A stretch of 64,000 bases of DNA from an uncultured Planctomycetaceae bacterium (lineage in GTDB: Bacteria > Planctomycetota > Planctomycetia > Pirellulales > UBA7805), in the NCBI GenBank assembly GCA_964385715.1, contig CAYLRE010000001.1, forward strand, positions 1,672 through 65,671, in the 5' to 3' direction. Positions within the stretch are counted from its first letter, which is position 1; each line of letters starts with the position of its first letter. The translations under genes and the position numbers were made by a program. Below the pieces are notes generated by a model that saw only the letters and a program-made list of their open reading frames with translations, did not search any database and was not told the origin of the DNA. Positions 17,348 to 26,373 of this stretch are shown here, piece after piece.

Positions 17348-18172
17348 CTAGCCAAGCACCTTCTCAACAGTCGCCTGCATGTACTCGATGCTCTCGCGTA
17401 CCAGCCGCTCCACGCCCGGCTCGTAGTCGAAGACTTCCACCGACACCCAGCCGCGGTAGTCGATCTCGCCAAGGGCCTCAAAGATTGGCACGAAGTCGAC
17501 GTCGCCAAAACCGGGGCCCTGAAGATTCGGGTCGTTGGCATGGAAATGGGCCAACAGATCGGCATTCGCGCGGATCACATCGGCGATCGGCTGCTCTTCG
17601 CTGGCCATCGCCTTAACGTCTAGATGCAGCCGGCAATAGGGCGAACCGACTTTCTCGATCAGGGCCGCTCCTTCGGCCGCCGTGGTCAAGAAGTCTCCTT
17701 CCGCCGGTCCCAAGGGCTCAATGGCCAGCGTCACTTCATTCTCCTCCAAGACCGGCATCGCGTCTTGCAGAACATCGACGGCATACTTGGTCGCTTCCTC
17801 GTGACTCACCCCTGGCAGCAGATTCCGCTGCTGCGGAGAACCGAACACCATCACCGAACCACCCAATTGCCGGCAGAGCCTGGCCAGCGTCTTCACGTAG
17901 TCGGCCGTCGCCTGGCGAACTTCGGCATCGGCGGTGGTCAGATAGAAGCCCTCGGTCTTGGCCAGCAACCAGTGCAGTCCAATCACGTCGAGGCCATTCT
18001 CTTCAGCACAGGCTCGCATCGCCGTCACTTGGGCGCCGGTAATATTGCGGGCGTCGGTGTCAATCGTGAAGGGAGCGATCTCCACCCCCGTGTATCCACA
18101 TTCGCTGGCAAAGGCGAACGCCCGCTCCATCGGCCAGTCGCCAAACATCTCGTTACAAATCGCGTATTTCAT
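17348..18172 (-). CDS. sugar phosphate isomerase/epimerase (xylose isomerase-like TIM barrel)
   Basis: I use the internal ATG at 18172. MKYAICNEMFGDWPMERAFAFASECGYTGVEIAPFT is typical of this family. Confidence 0.7.
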   Translation of the reverse strand: MKYAICNEMFGDWPMERAFAFASECGYTGVEIAPFTIDTDARNITGAQVTAMRACAEENGLDVIGLHWLLAKTEGFYLTTADAEVRQATADYVKTLARLCRQLGGSVMVFGSPQQRNLLPGVSHEEATKYAVDVLQDAMPVLEENEVTLAIEPLGPAEGDFLTTAAEGAALIEKVGSPYCRLHLDVKAMASEEQPIADVIRANADLLAHFHANDPNLQGPGFGDVDFVPIFEALGEIDYRGWVSVEVFDYEPGVERLVRESIEYMQATVEKVLG

Positions 18173-18182
18173 CGTCACTCTT

Positions 18183-19253
18183 TTAAAGCAGGTACGTTTC
18201 TGTTTCGTCCGCGGCCGGACCATTGGCGGTCACCGTCTCTCGCTCTTTGGTCTCGGCCTTATTGCTCGATTTCTTGGCGGCCTTGCCGTTCTTCGCTTCT
18301 TTGTCGGCCAAGCGTTTTCCCTTCGCCGTGCTGGGGGCACTCACCGACGGCTCCGGTGCCCCATCCAGGGCGTCGCCGACGCGAACGGAAGCCAGTCGCT
18401 TACGCGTGCTGTCCACGTAGTCTTCAGAGATCTCGTAGCCGACAAACTTGCGGCCCAACTTCTTGGCCACCGCGGCGGTCGTTCCGCTGCCCACGAACGG
18501 ATCGACCACCAGGTCGCCTTCGTTGCTGGAGACGCGTAGGATCCGCCCCAACAATTGCTCCGGCATCTGGCAACCATGGAATCCGGCTCGCTCCTTGAAG
18601 GTGCCGGCCACGCGGGGGAAGTGCCAAACGTCTTCTTCCGACGAGAAACTCTCCGGGACATCCTGTGGTCGTAAGATCCAAGTATCGTCGGGCAGGCGGC
18701 CCTTCGAGTTGGCACGCTTGTCGGCATAGACCAACTGGCGAGCCGAAGGAACGCGGATCTCGTCGCTGTTAAAGACGAAGTCCTTCGGGTCCTTCACCAT
18801 GTGGAACAGGTGGGTGTGCGAGCGACTGAACTTCGCTTTGCAGTTCACGCCGAACGTGTAGTACCAGATCACCCAACTGCGACAGGAAAGACCCAGCTCG
18901 CGTTGCATCAGCACCTTCAGTTCCGCGGCGTAGTCATCGCCAATCGCCAGCCAGAACGTACCGCTGGGCTTGAGAATCCGCGTCACCTCGGTGATCCAAT
19001 CCCGACTCCAATCGAGATACTGTTCGCAATCGAGCTTGTCTTCGTAGACGTCGTAGTCGTAGCCAATGTTGAAAGGAGGATCGGCAAAGACCAGGTCGAC
19101 TTCTCCATCGCCCAGCTTCTTCATGCCGGCGATGCATTCCTGTTTACGAATTGAGATTGAGCTTCTTGCCAACGTTCGGCTCCATGCTGAATTTTTTGAT
19201 TTCCGACGGGCCAAGGCGAGCGGTGTTAGCGGCCCAACATTGTGGACCCACAT
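18183..19253 (-). CDS. beta-class DNA methyltransferase (N6-adenine or N4-cytosine), orphan
   Basis: Motif IV ([14 protein letters not shown]) precedes motif I ([15 protein letters not shown]). The C-terminus is Lys-rich. The start is uncertain: ATG at 19253, TTG at 19172 or ATG at 19124. The track's upstream extension to 19607 overlaps the neighbouring gene. Confidence 0.8.
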   Translation of the reverse strand: MWVHNVGPLTPLALARRKSKNSAWSRTLARSSISIRKQECIAGMKKLGDGEVDLVFADPPFNIGYDYDVYEDKLDCEQYLDWSRDWITEVTRILKPSGTFWLAIGDDYAAELKVLMQRELGLSCRSWVIWYYTFGVNCKAKFSRSHTHLFHMVKDPKDFVFNSDEIRVPSARQLVYADKRANSKGRLPDDTWILRPQDVPESFSSEEDVWHFPRVAGTFKERAGFHGCQMPEQLLGRILRVSSNEGDLVVDPFVGSGTTAAVAKKLGRKFVGYEISEDYVDSTRKRLASVRVGDALDGAPEPSVSAPSTAKGKRLADKEAKNGKAAKKSSNKAETKERETVTANGPAADETETYLL

Positions 19254-19408
19254 GGTACCAGCTAGCGCGCCAGAGCGCAAGAATGTGCTCCCCTCTCCGC
19301 TCAAAGATAACTCCCCCCACTGGAATGGCCGCGTGCGCAAAAAGCGTACCAAAGTGGCCGCGGCCGCAGAAATCGCCCCCACCGAAAAAAACCGGCCCAA
19401 AAAAGACC

Positions 19409-20230
19409 CTAGAATTCGAACACTTTTTCCACGGCAGGAGCACGATATTCGGCCGCCCCGGTGAGGATCTCGAGATTCTCCAGCGGCCGGACCTCCCCGC
19501 GTCCGTGGGTATGCCCACACAAAACGGTGAGCTGCCGGTCGGGGAACTGCGGCATGATTTCCAAGAGTGCCTGACCAACTGCATGACAAGCGAAGTGTGG
19601 CACCCACTCGTCGTTCGACGTGCGACCTTCATGCCAACAGGCCTCGCGCATCGGCGGCACATGCGTGAGCAGCAGCACGCGCCCGAACCGCTCAAACGCA
19701 ATCGGCAACACGCGGCGAAAATGATCGGCCGCCTCATCACCGAGCTGATTCAAGAGCGGTAGCCGCCGCGCTTTGTCGACGCCTGCCAACTCCATGATCA
19801 AGCGGTAGTCGTTGAGCATGACTTGGGATCCGGCGTAGTCTCCCAATCGGCCATCGGCCCAACCGTCGTGGCCGACCAGTCCGACTCCTTCCGCCAATTC
19901 GGCCACACCGTCATCACCAAGCGACGCTCCGGCACCGGTCGTTAGATAGTTGAGCGAGTTTGAGGCGGCCGCCTGCTTGCCGACCGCCTTGCGAACGCGC
20001 TCGATCGATCCGCCGTAGAAATCATGATTGCCCAGTACGAAGTAGGTCGGGCATTCGGTCGCCTCGATCGCCCGCAAGTATTTCTCGACCGTCGGGGCTT
20101 CGGCGATGTCTCCACCGATCAACACGACGTCCGGCGACTGTTCGGCCACTCCAGCGAGAAACTCTCCGACCCCTTCCGGTTTGAGAAAATTCAGATGGAT
20201 GTCGGTCATCCAGAAAATGCGCTTGGTCAT
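19409..20230 (-). CDS. calcineurin-like metallophosphoesterase
   Basis: I use the internal ATG at 20230. The metallophosphoesterase motifs are present: [21 protein letters not shown] and CGHTHG. Confidence 0.8.
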   Translation of the reverse strand: MTKRIFWMTDIHLNFLKPEGVGEFLAGVAEQSPDVVLIGGDIAEAPTVEKYLRAIEATECPTYFVLGNHDFYGGSIERVRKAVGKQAAASNSLNYLTTGAGASLGDDGVAELAEGVGLVGHDGWADGRLGDYAGSQVMLNDYRLIMELAGVDKARRLPLLNQLGDEAADHFRRVLPIAFERFGRVLLLTHVPPMREACWHEGRTSNDEWVPHFACHAVGQALLEIMPQFPDRQLTVLCGHTHGRGEVRPLENLEILTGAAEYRAPAVEKVFEF

Positions 20231-20238
20231 GATGGCCG

Positions 20239-21012
20239 CTAGAACGCTCCACGGAACAAGGTGCCCACCACGTACGCCAACACGGCGGCCGATCCACCGA
20301 TGAGTAGCGTCTCCAACCCAGCGAGCCAAGGCGACCGCCGCACAACGAATCCCTTGGCCACGCCGATCGCGAAGAAGGTCAACGCGGTGATCACGGCACT
20401 GATCAGAAATCGGCTCTCGCCCAGCATCTCGGCCGGAAGACAGTACGGCACAAGTGGAATGAAACCGGCGACCACAAAGGCGACGAACGTCATCAGCCCT
20501 GCCTTCATCGGCGAAGGCGTCTCCAGCGGCTGCCCCCATTCTTCGGTGACCATGGTGTCGATCCAGCGTTTGTCGTCCTTGGTGATGACCTCGACGATCT
20601 GACCGAGCAGCGGCTCCTCAAACCCCTTGGCGGCGAAGATCTGGCGAATCTCCTCCCGCTCACCTTCCGGTTCCACGTCGATGTGGTTCTGCTCAATCTG
20701 ACGAATCCGCTCGATCACGTGGCGATCGGACTTCACGCTCAGGTAGTTGCCGACCGCCATACTGAAACCGTCAGCCGCCAGATTGGCGAGTCCCAACACG
20801 AGTGCCACCGGCCCAGTCATGGCCGCTCCCGCCACACCGGCGACGACCGCAAACGTGGTCACGGTGCCGTCGACCGCACCGAGAATAAAGTCGCCCAAGT
20901 AGCTATGCGACGTGGCCGCCTCGAGTCGGGCTTTTATCGCCGCGGGCGAGTGGTCGTGTTCGAGTTGTGGTTTCTTGTCGGACATGATTTGTGCGTGCTT
21001 CCACACGCTCAT
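20239..21012 (-). CDS. VIT1/CCC1-family iron/manganese transporter
   Basis: The sequence is SHSYLGDFILGAVDGTVTTFAVVAGVAGA...ADGFSMAVGNYLS, plus C-terminal TM helices. The start may be the ATG at 20985, because the ATG at 21012 abuts a repeat element. Confidence 0.8.
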   Translation of the reverse strand: MSVWKHAQIMSDKKPQLEHDHSPAAIKARLEAATSHSYLGDFILGAVDGTVTTFAVVAGVAGAAMTGPVALVLGLANLAADGFSMAVGNYLSVKSDRHVIERIRQIEQNHIDVEPEGEREEIRQIFAAKGFEEPLLGQIVEVITKDDKRWIDTMVTEEWGQPLETPSPMKAGLMTFVAFVVAGFIPLVPYCLPAEMLGESRFLISAVITALTFFAIGVAKGFVVRRSPWLAGLETLLIGGSAAVLAYVVGTLFRGAF

Positions 21013-21166
21013 AGTCGTGCGGCATGTGCGTGACGCAAACGTGAAGTGCCGATTGATTGTAGTACCTATATTGGTCGTGTCCCTCGCTGACGCTTCGGGT
21101 TACGATTGTTGTCCACCCGTAAAGTCTTACGTCGTCTGATGCAAAAAGCTGTCACGCTTCGGGTTA
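21013..21166 (-). repeat. interspersed repeat modules (one C module, two B modules)
   Basis: Read on the minus strand, AACCCGAAGCGTCAGCGAGGGAC lies at 21102-21079 and a second B-like copy at 21166-21149. ACAATCAATCGGCACTTCACGTTTGCGTCACGCACATGCCGCACGACT lies at 21060-21013. Matching copies occur at 24725-24862 and 63628-63715. Confidence 0.8.
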
Positions 21167-21189
21167 ACGTGCTGAATTCACATACGAAC

Positions 21190-22260
21190 TTACGCCAACA
21201 CCGTCTTGTTCAGTTCGCCTGGAATCTCGGCAACATAACGCGGCACCGCATAACCAGGCAGGCGGGCACGCAGCTGTTCGATCAGTTCTCGTCCCCGCTC
21301 CAACGGCACTTCAAAGTGAGCCGCTCCGGTCACCCGGTCGAGTTGATGCAGGTAGTACGGCATCACCCGGCAGGCGAGCAGCCGCTCCGACAGTGCCTCG
21401 AGTGCGTCGACGTCGTCGTTTACGCCTCGCAGTAGTACCGCCTGATTCAGAACCGGAATACCGGCCTCGACCAGTCGCGCGAGCGCCAATTCCACGTCGT
21501 CATCAATCTCGGCGGCGTGGTTCACGTGGACCACCATCAGTGGCGTCAGCCGCGAGGATCGCAGCATGGCAACGAACTCGTCCGTCACTCGGCTGGGAAT
21601 CATGATTGGCAGCCGGGTGTGAATCCGCAGTCGTCGCAGGTGTTCGATCGTTTCGAGCCGCTCAACAAGTTCGCTCAGTCGTTCGTCGCGGAGCATCATC
21701 GGATCGCCGCCAGAGAGAATCACCTCGCGAATTGATTCGTCGCCGGCGATTTGCTCGAGTGCTTCGGCCCAATGAGAAATGGCCCCCGGCACATCTTCAT
21801 AGGGAAAGTGCCGCCGGAAGCAGTATCGGCAATGAACAGCACAGGCCCCCGTGGTGACCAGGAGCACGCGGTGTGCGTATTTCTGCAGCATCCCACCGGT
21901 CACGGCCGCATCGGATTCGGCCAGCGGATCATCGCTGAAACCGGCCGGCGCGGCGAGTTCCTCAGAAACAGGCAACACCTGCCGCAGAAGCGGATCGTCC
22001 AGATTTCCAGGCTCGATACGGGCCAGGTATTCCAGCGGCACAAAGGTGGGAAAATCTCGCGAAGCCTCGGCGGCAGCCGGAGAGAGGGAATTGGCCAGAG
22101 AGAGCCGGCGAATTAGCTCCGCCGGGTGGCGAATTGCCGCCCGCAGGGAGGCCTGCCAGGGCGTATTTCCGCCCACCTGACCGGCGCCGACAGATTCGCT
22201 CGTTGCGGTTACAATATTCACCTTCGTTCTCCGCTGCGAACGCCCCGGGAAAATTGCCAT
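21190..22260 (-). CDS. epmB: EF-P beta-lysylation protein EpmB (lysine 2,3-aminomutase-like radical SAM)
   Basis: VLLVTTGACAVHCRYCFRRHFPY carries the CxxxCxxC radical SAM motif and the rest fits the KamA-family layout. The gene is divergent from efp-epmA. Confidence 0.8.
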   Translation of the reverse strand: MAIFPGRSQRRTKVNIVTATSESVGAGQVGGNTPWQASLRAAIRHPAELIRRLSLANSLSPAAAEASRDFPTFVPLEYLARIEPGNLDDPLLRQVLPVSEELAAPAGFSDDPLAESDAAVTGGMLQKYAHRVLLVTTGACAVHCRYCFRRHFPYEDVPGAISHWAEALEQIAGDESIREVILSGGDPMMLRDERLSELVERLETIEHLRRLRIHTRLPIMIPSRVTDEFVAMLRSSRLTPLMVVHVNHAAEIDDDVELALARLVEAGIPVLNQAVLLRGVNDDVDALEALSERLLACRVMPYYLHQLDRVTGAAHFEVPLERGRELIEQLRARLPGYAVPRYVAEIPGELNKTVLA

Positions 22261-22272
22261 TTTTGGGACCCT

Positions 22273-22328
22273 AGCCCGAAGCGTGAGCGAGGGAACCGAA
22301 TAACACTCCGCGTCGCGTCAGCGACGCT
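22273..22328 (+). repeat. B-type repeat module plus short hairpin
   Basis: AGCCCGAAGCGTGAGCGAGGGAAC is followed by GCGTCGC-gtca-GCGACGC, a 7-bp stem. Confidence 0.7.
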
Positions 22329-22462
22329 CCGCATTATCGACCTCGCCAGTAGGCCATCCCCTGGCCGCTAATGAACCAGACGTTCTTCCGCGCCGTACAT
22401 TCGGCGCGCGATTCAGCATAACCCGATACGTATCCAAGTAAAAGCGAAGCAGGAACTCTCAA

Positions 22463-23032
22463 GTGGCCACTTACAACACCAGCGACTTCAAAAAAGGCAT
22501 CAAGGTTCAACTCGACGGCGACCCCTATCTGATGATCGAGTGCAACTTCGTCAAACCCGGTAAGGGCCAGGCGATGTACAAGTGCAAGTTGCGAAACCTG
22601 ATCCGCCAGACGGTCATCGATCGCACGTACAAGAGTGGCGACTCGGTCGAAGCGGCCGACGTCAGCGAAATTTCCGCTCAGTACCTCTATCAGCAGGGCG
22701 ACAAGTACGTCTTCATGGACGGCGAGAGCTACGAGCAGTACGAGCTCACCAAGGAACAAGTGGCCGACGATTGGCGGTGGCTCAAAGACGGCGTGAACTG
22801 CCAAATGATTCTCTACAACGACAACCCGATCAGCGTCGCGCCGCCGAACCACATGGTGTTCAAGGTCGAATATTGCGAGCCGGGCGCCAAAGGCAACACG
22901 GCCACCAACGTCACCAAGCCGGTCAAGCTGGAAACAGGCGCCGAGGTCAACTGCCCCGCGTTCATCAACATGGGCGACCTGGTCAAAGTCGACACGCGCA
23001 CGGCCGAGTACATCGAGCGAGTCAAAGAGTAA
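22463..23032 (+). CDS. efp: elongation factor P
   Basis: The sequence is MATYNTSDFKKGIKVQLDGDPYLMIECNFVKPGKGQAMYKCKL. The KPGKGQA loop carries the Lys34 equivalent that EpmAB modifies. Confidence 0.95.
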   Translation: MATYNTSDFKKGIKVQLDGDPYLMIECNFVKPGKGQAMYKCKLRNLIRQTVIDRTYKSGDSVEAADVSEISAQYLYQQGDKYVFMDGESYEQYELTKEQVADDWRWLKDGVNCQMILYNDNPISVAPPNHMVFKVEYCEPGAKGNTATNVTKPVKLETGAEVNCPAFINMGDLVKVDTRTAEYIERVKE

Positions 23033-23112
23033 GTCGGCGAGTAAATCGGCGGTGGCGATGGAGTGCCGCTCAAGAAGGGATCGGCACTCTGCGTTCATAG
23101 AAGGCAAGCCAC

Positions 23113-24168
23113 GTGATGTCGCAATCTCCGCTCACGTCGCTCTGGAAATCGTCCGCCCCGTGGAGCAACCTGCGCGTGCGTGCAGAGATTCTGCGGCGCA
23201 CGCGGTCGTTCTTTGAAACGCGCGATTTTCTGGAAGTCGAAACGCCGCTGCTCTCAAGCGAAGTCGTCGTCGAAGCACATATCGATCCGGTAGCGGTCGA
23301 TTTGCGCGACGATTCCCGTCGGGTCGACTCCACTCGAGAGATGTGGCTTCAGGCCTCGCCCGAGGCCGGCATGAAGCGACTCCTGGCCTCGGCGGCCGCT
23401 GACGATACATCGCATGAAGCGTCCGATGCCCCGCGCGCCATCTACCAGATCGCCCGCGCTTTTCGTGGCGGCGAGTGTGGGCAGCAACACAACACCGAGT
23501 TCACGCTTGCGGAGTGGTACTGTCTGGATCAGGACATGCCGGCCGCGATGGACCTGCTGGATGCACTGTGCACGGAGCTACTCGGGACGCCGGCGGCCGA
23601 GCGAATCAGCTACCGCGCGGCATTCCTTAAGCACGCCGAGATCGACCCGCTAACCTGCGAAACGCAGGAGCTGATCAACCTGGCCACTGCCAGTGGAGTG
23701 GCGGCACCGGCGGAGATAGGCGACGATCGCGACGCCTGGCTCGATCTTCTGCTAACCGATCTGGTTGTGCCCCGGTTCTCCTCCGAGCGGCCGACCATTC
23801 TCTACGATTACCCTGCTTCTCAGGCGGCTCTCTCTCGCGTTGCGGCAGCAGAAGATGCCTCGGACGCAGGTGACGACACACCGGTCGCCAAGCGATTCGA
23901 ACTCTTCGCTCACGGTATGGAACTGGCCAACGGGTATTGGGAATTGCTCGATGCGAATGAACTTCGCAAGCGAACCGACGCCGCCAATGCCACACGCAAA
24001 GCCGACGGCCGCGACGAATTGCCCGCCCCAGAGAAGCTACTCGCGGCCATGGATCATGGTCTGCCTGAGTGCAGCGGCTGCGCACTGGGGCTCGACCGGG
24101 TCGTCATGCTCGCCGCGGGGGCCAAGAGCATCGAAAAAGCCATCGCGCTGCCGAACCAGCGGGCATAG
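23113..24168 (+). CDS. epmA: EF-P lysine aminoacylase EpmA (GenX/PoxA, LysRS class II paralog)
   Basis: The sequence is LRVRAEILRRTRSFFETRDFLEVETPLLS...IYQIARAFRGGE...FELFAHGMELANGY...GCALGLDRVVML. Confidence 0.85.
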   Translation: MMSQSPLTSLWKSSAPWSNLRVRAEILRRTRSFFETRDFLEVETPLLSSEVVVEAHIDPVAVDLRDDSRRVDSTREMWLQASPEAGMKRLLASAAADDTSHEASDAPRAIYQIARAFRGGECGQQHNTEFTLAEWYCLDQDMPAAMDLLDALCTELLGTPAAERISYRAAFLKHAEIDPLTCETQELINLATASGVAAPAEIGDDRDAWLDLLLTDLVVPRFSSERPTILYDYPASQAALSRVAAAEDASDAGDDTPVAKRFELFAHGMELANGYWELLDANELRKRTDAANATRKADGRDELPAPEKLLAAMDHGLPECSGCALGLDRVVMLAAGAKSIEKAIALPNQRA

Positions 24169-24213
24169 AATTGTGATTTTGGGAGGGCGAGGTCGCGCGC
24201 GACGCGACACCCC

Positions 24214-24708
24214 CTATTCTTCCCGCGATCTCTTGAACTCGGCGAAGCTGTATTTCAGCCCGCTCTTCTCGTCGAGTTCTTCCGGAGTCTGCTCGACCAG
24301 CTGCCAGTTGCGCCAGTCGACCTCCGGAAAGCGAACGTCACCATCGACCTCGGCATGCACGCGAGTGATGTGGAGCGTGTCGGCCAAAGGGAGCGCCAAT
24401 TCATAAATCGTCGCCCCGCCGATCACGAACGCCTGATCGTCGTCGGCCACTAGATCGAGAGCCGCCTCTAGATTCGCCACCACCTCAACGCCCTCGGGCG
24501 CGTATTCCGGATTGCGACTAATGGCGATCGAACGACGCTCCGGCAGCGGGCGGCCGATCGAGTCGTAGGTCTTGCGACCCATGATGATCGCATGCCCCGT
24601 GGTCAGGCGGCGAAAGCGTTTCAGGTCGGCCGAGATATGCCAAGGCAGATCGCCGTCGCGTCCAATCACGCGGTTCTCAGCCATGGCAACGATGAGAGAT
24701 AGTGACAT
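24214..24708 (-). CDS. folA: dihydrofolate reductase
   Basis: I use the internal ATG at 24708. The sequence is MSLSLIVAMAENRVIGRDGDLPWHISADLKRFRRLTTGHAIIMGRKTYDSIG. Confidence 0.9.
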   Translation of the reverse strand: MSLSLIVAMAENRVIGRDGDLPWHISADLKRFRRLTTGHAIIMGRKTYDSIGRPLPERRSIAISRNPEYAPEGVEVVANLEAALDLVADDDQAFVIGGATIYELALPLADTLHITRVHAEVDGDVRFPEVDWRNWQLVEQTPEELDEKSGLKYSFAEFKRSREE

Positions 24709-24724
24709 GTGCAATATTCCAAGC

Positions 24725-24862
24725 AACCCGAAGCGTCAGCGAGAGCAACTGAGCACGTTTGCCCGTTAGGCAAACGAGCGCAAGGCGGTAGTTTCATTAC
24801 GACCAAACAGGTCTCACAATCAATCGGCACTCAACGTTTGCGTCACGGAGTGCCGCACGACT
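24725..24862 (+). repeat. bipartite B...C repeat element inside the thyA-folA spacer
   Basis: AACCCGAAGCGTCAGCGAGAGCAAC lies at 24725-24749 and ACAATCAATCGGCACTCAACGTTTGCGTCACGGAGTGCCGCACGACT at 24816-24862. The module order matches the copies at 21102-21013 (minus) and 63628-63715. Confidence 0.8.
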
Positions 24863-25003
24863 TTGATCCAACGCGCAGGAAACACGTATCGAACCGAACC
24901 CGTCTGGCAGGCCCATCGGATGAACGAAATTCATCTCTCCAGTCGATCCTGTTCATCCTGTCCAAAATGAATCTTCGTCCCGGTCTGATGCGCGAGCATG
25001 CTC

Positions 25004-25798
25004 TTACACCGAAACCGCCGCGGCGATGTGCGGGTGCGGATCGTAATCCTTAACTTCAAAATCCTCGAACTTGAAGTCGAAGATCGAGCTGACCTCGGGG
25101 TTGATCGCAACCGTCGGCAAGCTACGAGGCTCGCGGCTCAATTGTAGCCGGGCCTGCTCCAAATGATTCTTGTAAAGGTGGGCGTCACCAAAGGTGTGCA
25201 CAAACTCGCCAGGCTCGTAGCCAGTCACCTGGGCCATCATCATCGTCAGTAGCGAGTACGAAGCGATGTTGAACGGCACGCCGAGAAAGACGTCGGCACT
25301 CCGCTGATACAACTGACACGACAGTTTGCCGTCGGCCACATAGAACTGGAACAAGCAGTGACAGGGGGCCAGGGCCATCTCCGGCAACTGCCCCACGTTC
25401 CAGGCACAGACCATCAGCCGGCGCGAATCGGGATCGCGATGCACCAGGTCGACAATCTCCTGAATCTGATCGACATGCCCACCATCGGCCGTCGGCCAAC
25501 TTCGCCACTGGTAACCATAGACCGGGCCAAGCTCGCCAGACTCGTCTGCCCACTCGTCCCAGATGCGGACCTTGTTCTCTTGCAGGTAGGCGATGTTGGT
25601 CTCGCCTTTGAGAAACCACAGCAGTTCGTGAATGATCGAACGCAGGTGCAGCTTCTTGGTGGTCAACATCGGAAAGCCGGCTGAAAGATCGAACCGCATC
25701 TGGTGCCCAAACACACTAAGCGTGCCGGTGCCGGTGCGGTCGTCTTTCTCGACGCCTTCGTCGAGCACCCGCTGCATCAAGTCGAGATACTGCTGCAT
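25004..25798 (-). CDS. thyA: thymidylate synthase (ThyA type)
   Basis: I use the internal ATG at 25798. The sequence is [38 protein letters not shown]...[12 protein letters not shown]... Confidence 0.95.
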   Translation of the reverse strand: MQQYLDLMQRVLDEGVEKDDRTGTGTLSVFGHQMRFDLSAGFPMLTTKKLHLRSIIHELLWFLKGETNIAYLQENKVRIWDEWADESGELGPVYGYQWRSWPTADGGHVDQIQEIVDLVHRDPDSRRLMVCAWNVGQLPEMALAPCHCLFQFYVADGKLSCQLYQRSADVFLGVPFNIASYSLLTMMMAQVTGYEPGEFVHTFGDAHLYKNHLEQARLQLSREPRSLPTVAINPEVSSIFDFKFEDFEVKDYDPHPHIAAAVSV

Positions 25799-25860
25799 CT
25801 GGTTGTCTTTCCTAGCTGGGATCCATCTCCGGCAGACGCTTGTCACCGGCAAACACGAGA

Positions 25861-26124
25861 CTACTTCTGGCCCGCCATGATTTCTTCAACCAGCTTGGCA
25901 ACCAGCTCCGGATTGTCCTTCTGCTTCAAGTGCTCAATCCGAGCCGGCTTTACTTCCAGCTTCTCCAAGGCGGCGATGATCTGATCCCACACTTTGGCTC
26001 GTTTCTTGCCTTCAGCCAGGTAGAGCTCGGTGACCAGTTCGCTCAACCGTTGCAATCCAATGGCGCCGCGATTCTGGTAATAGTTCTTGATAATGTTCTG
26101 CTGGTATGCCGATCGTTCTGCCAT
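25861..26124 (-). CDS. small conserved-looking hypothetical protein (87 aa)
   Basis: The sequence is [46 protein letters not shown]... The composition is clean for a coding region, and the gene ends 62 nt upstream of thyA on the same strand. I recognise no family. Confidence 0.55.
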   Translation of the reverse strand: MAERSAYQQNIIKNYYQNRGAIGLQRLSELVTELYLAEGKKRAKVWDQIIAALEKLEVKPARIEHLKQKDNPELVAKLVEEIMAGQK

Positions 26125-26373
26125 CGCTTTTCCCGTCCTTCCTTGCTGTCAATCTAACCTTTTTTGCGACGCCTGGGCCGTGTGTTTGGCGGCTTCCTGC
26201 CTGCTCTCTAGCGGCAGGTCACCATAGGCAAATTGCCGGGGTGCAACAAGGCTGGCCCGTCCGCCCGGAAATACAAGCATTCACGCCCGTCGCGGCGGCG
26301 GCCAATATCGAACTGGATCGACACCCGAGAGCGGCGCATAATCTCTACTCCTCCGCTCCCAACCTCGCCCAGC

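Noticed and set aside
19254-19607. The long N-terminal extension of the methyltransferase ORF. Similar extensions occur on other track ORFs, for example 5769-5867, 11246-11371, 18173-18223, 20231-20539, 24709-24726, 25799-25852, 26233-26373 and 28117-28191.
   Set aside because: The extensions overlap neighbouring genes or intergenic repeats. They lack family-conserved sequence and are replaced by internal starts that reproduce canonical N-termini. They are artefacts of the longest-ORF rule.
18183-20230. The methyltransferase and adjacent metallophosphoesterase considered as a restriction-modification or defence pair.
   Set aside because: The second gene has only calcineurin-type phosphoesterase motifs (DxH, GD, GNH, GH). 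It has no nuclease, helicase or ATPase signatures, and the two genes are separated by about 155 nt. There is no support for a defence system.
21013-24862. The possibility that the recurring short repeats form a CRISPR array.
   Set aside because: The copies are kilobases apart, in both orientations, of several unrelated sequence families, and not regularly spaced. No cas genes are present.
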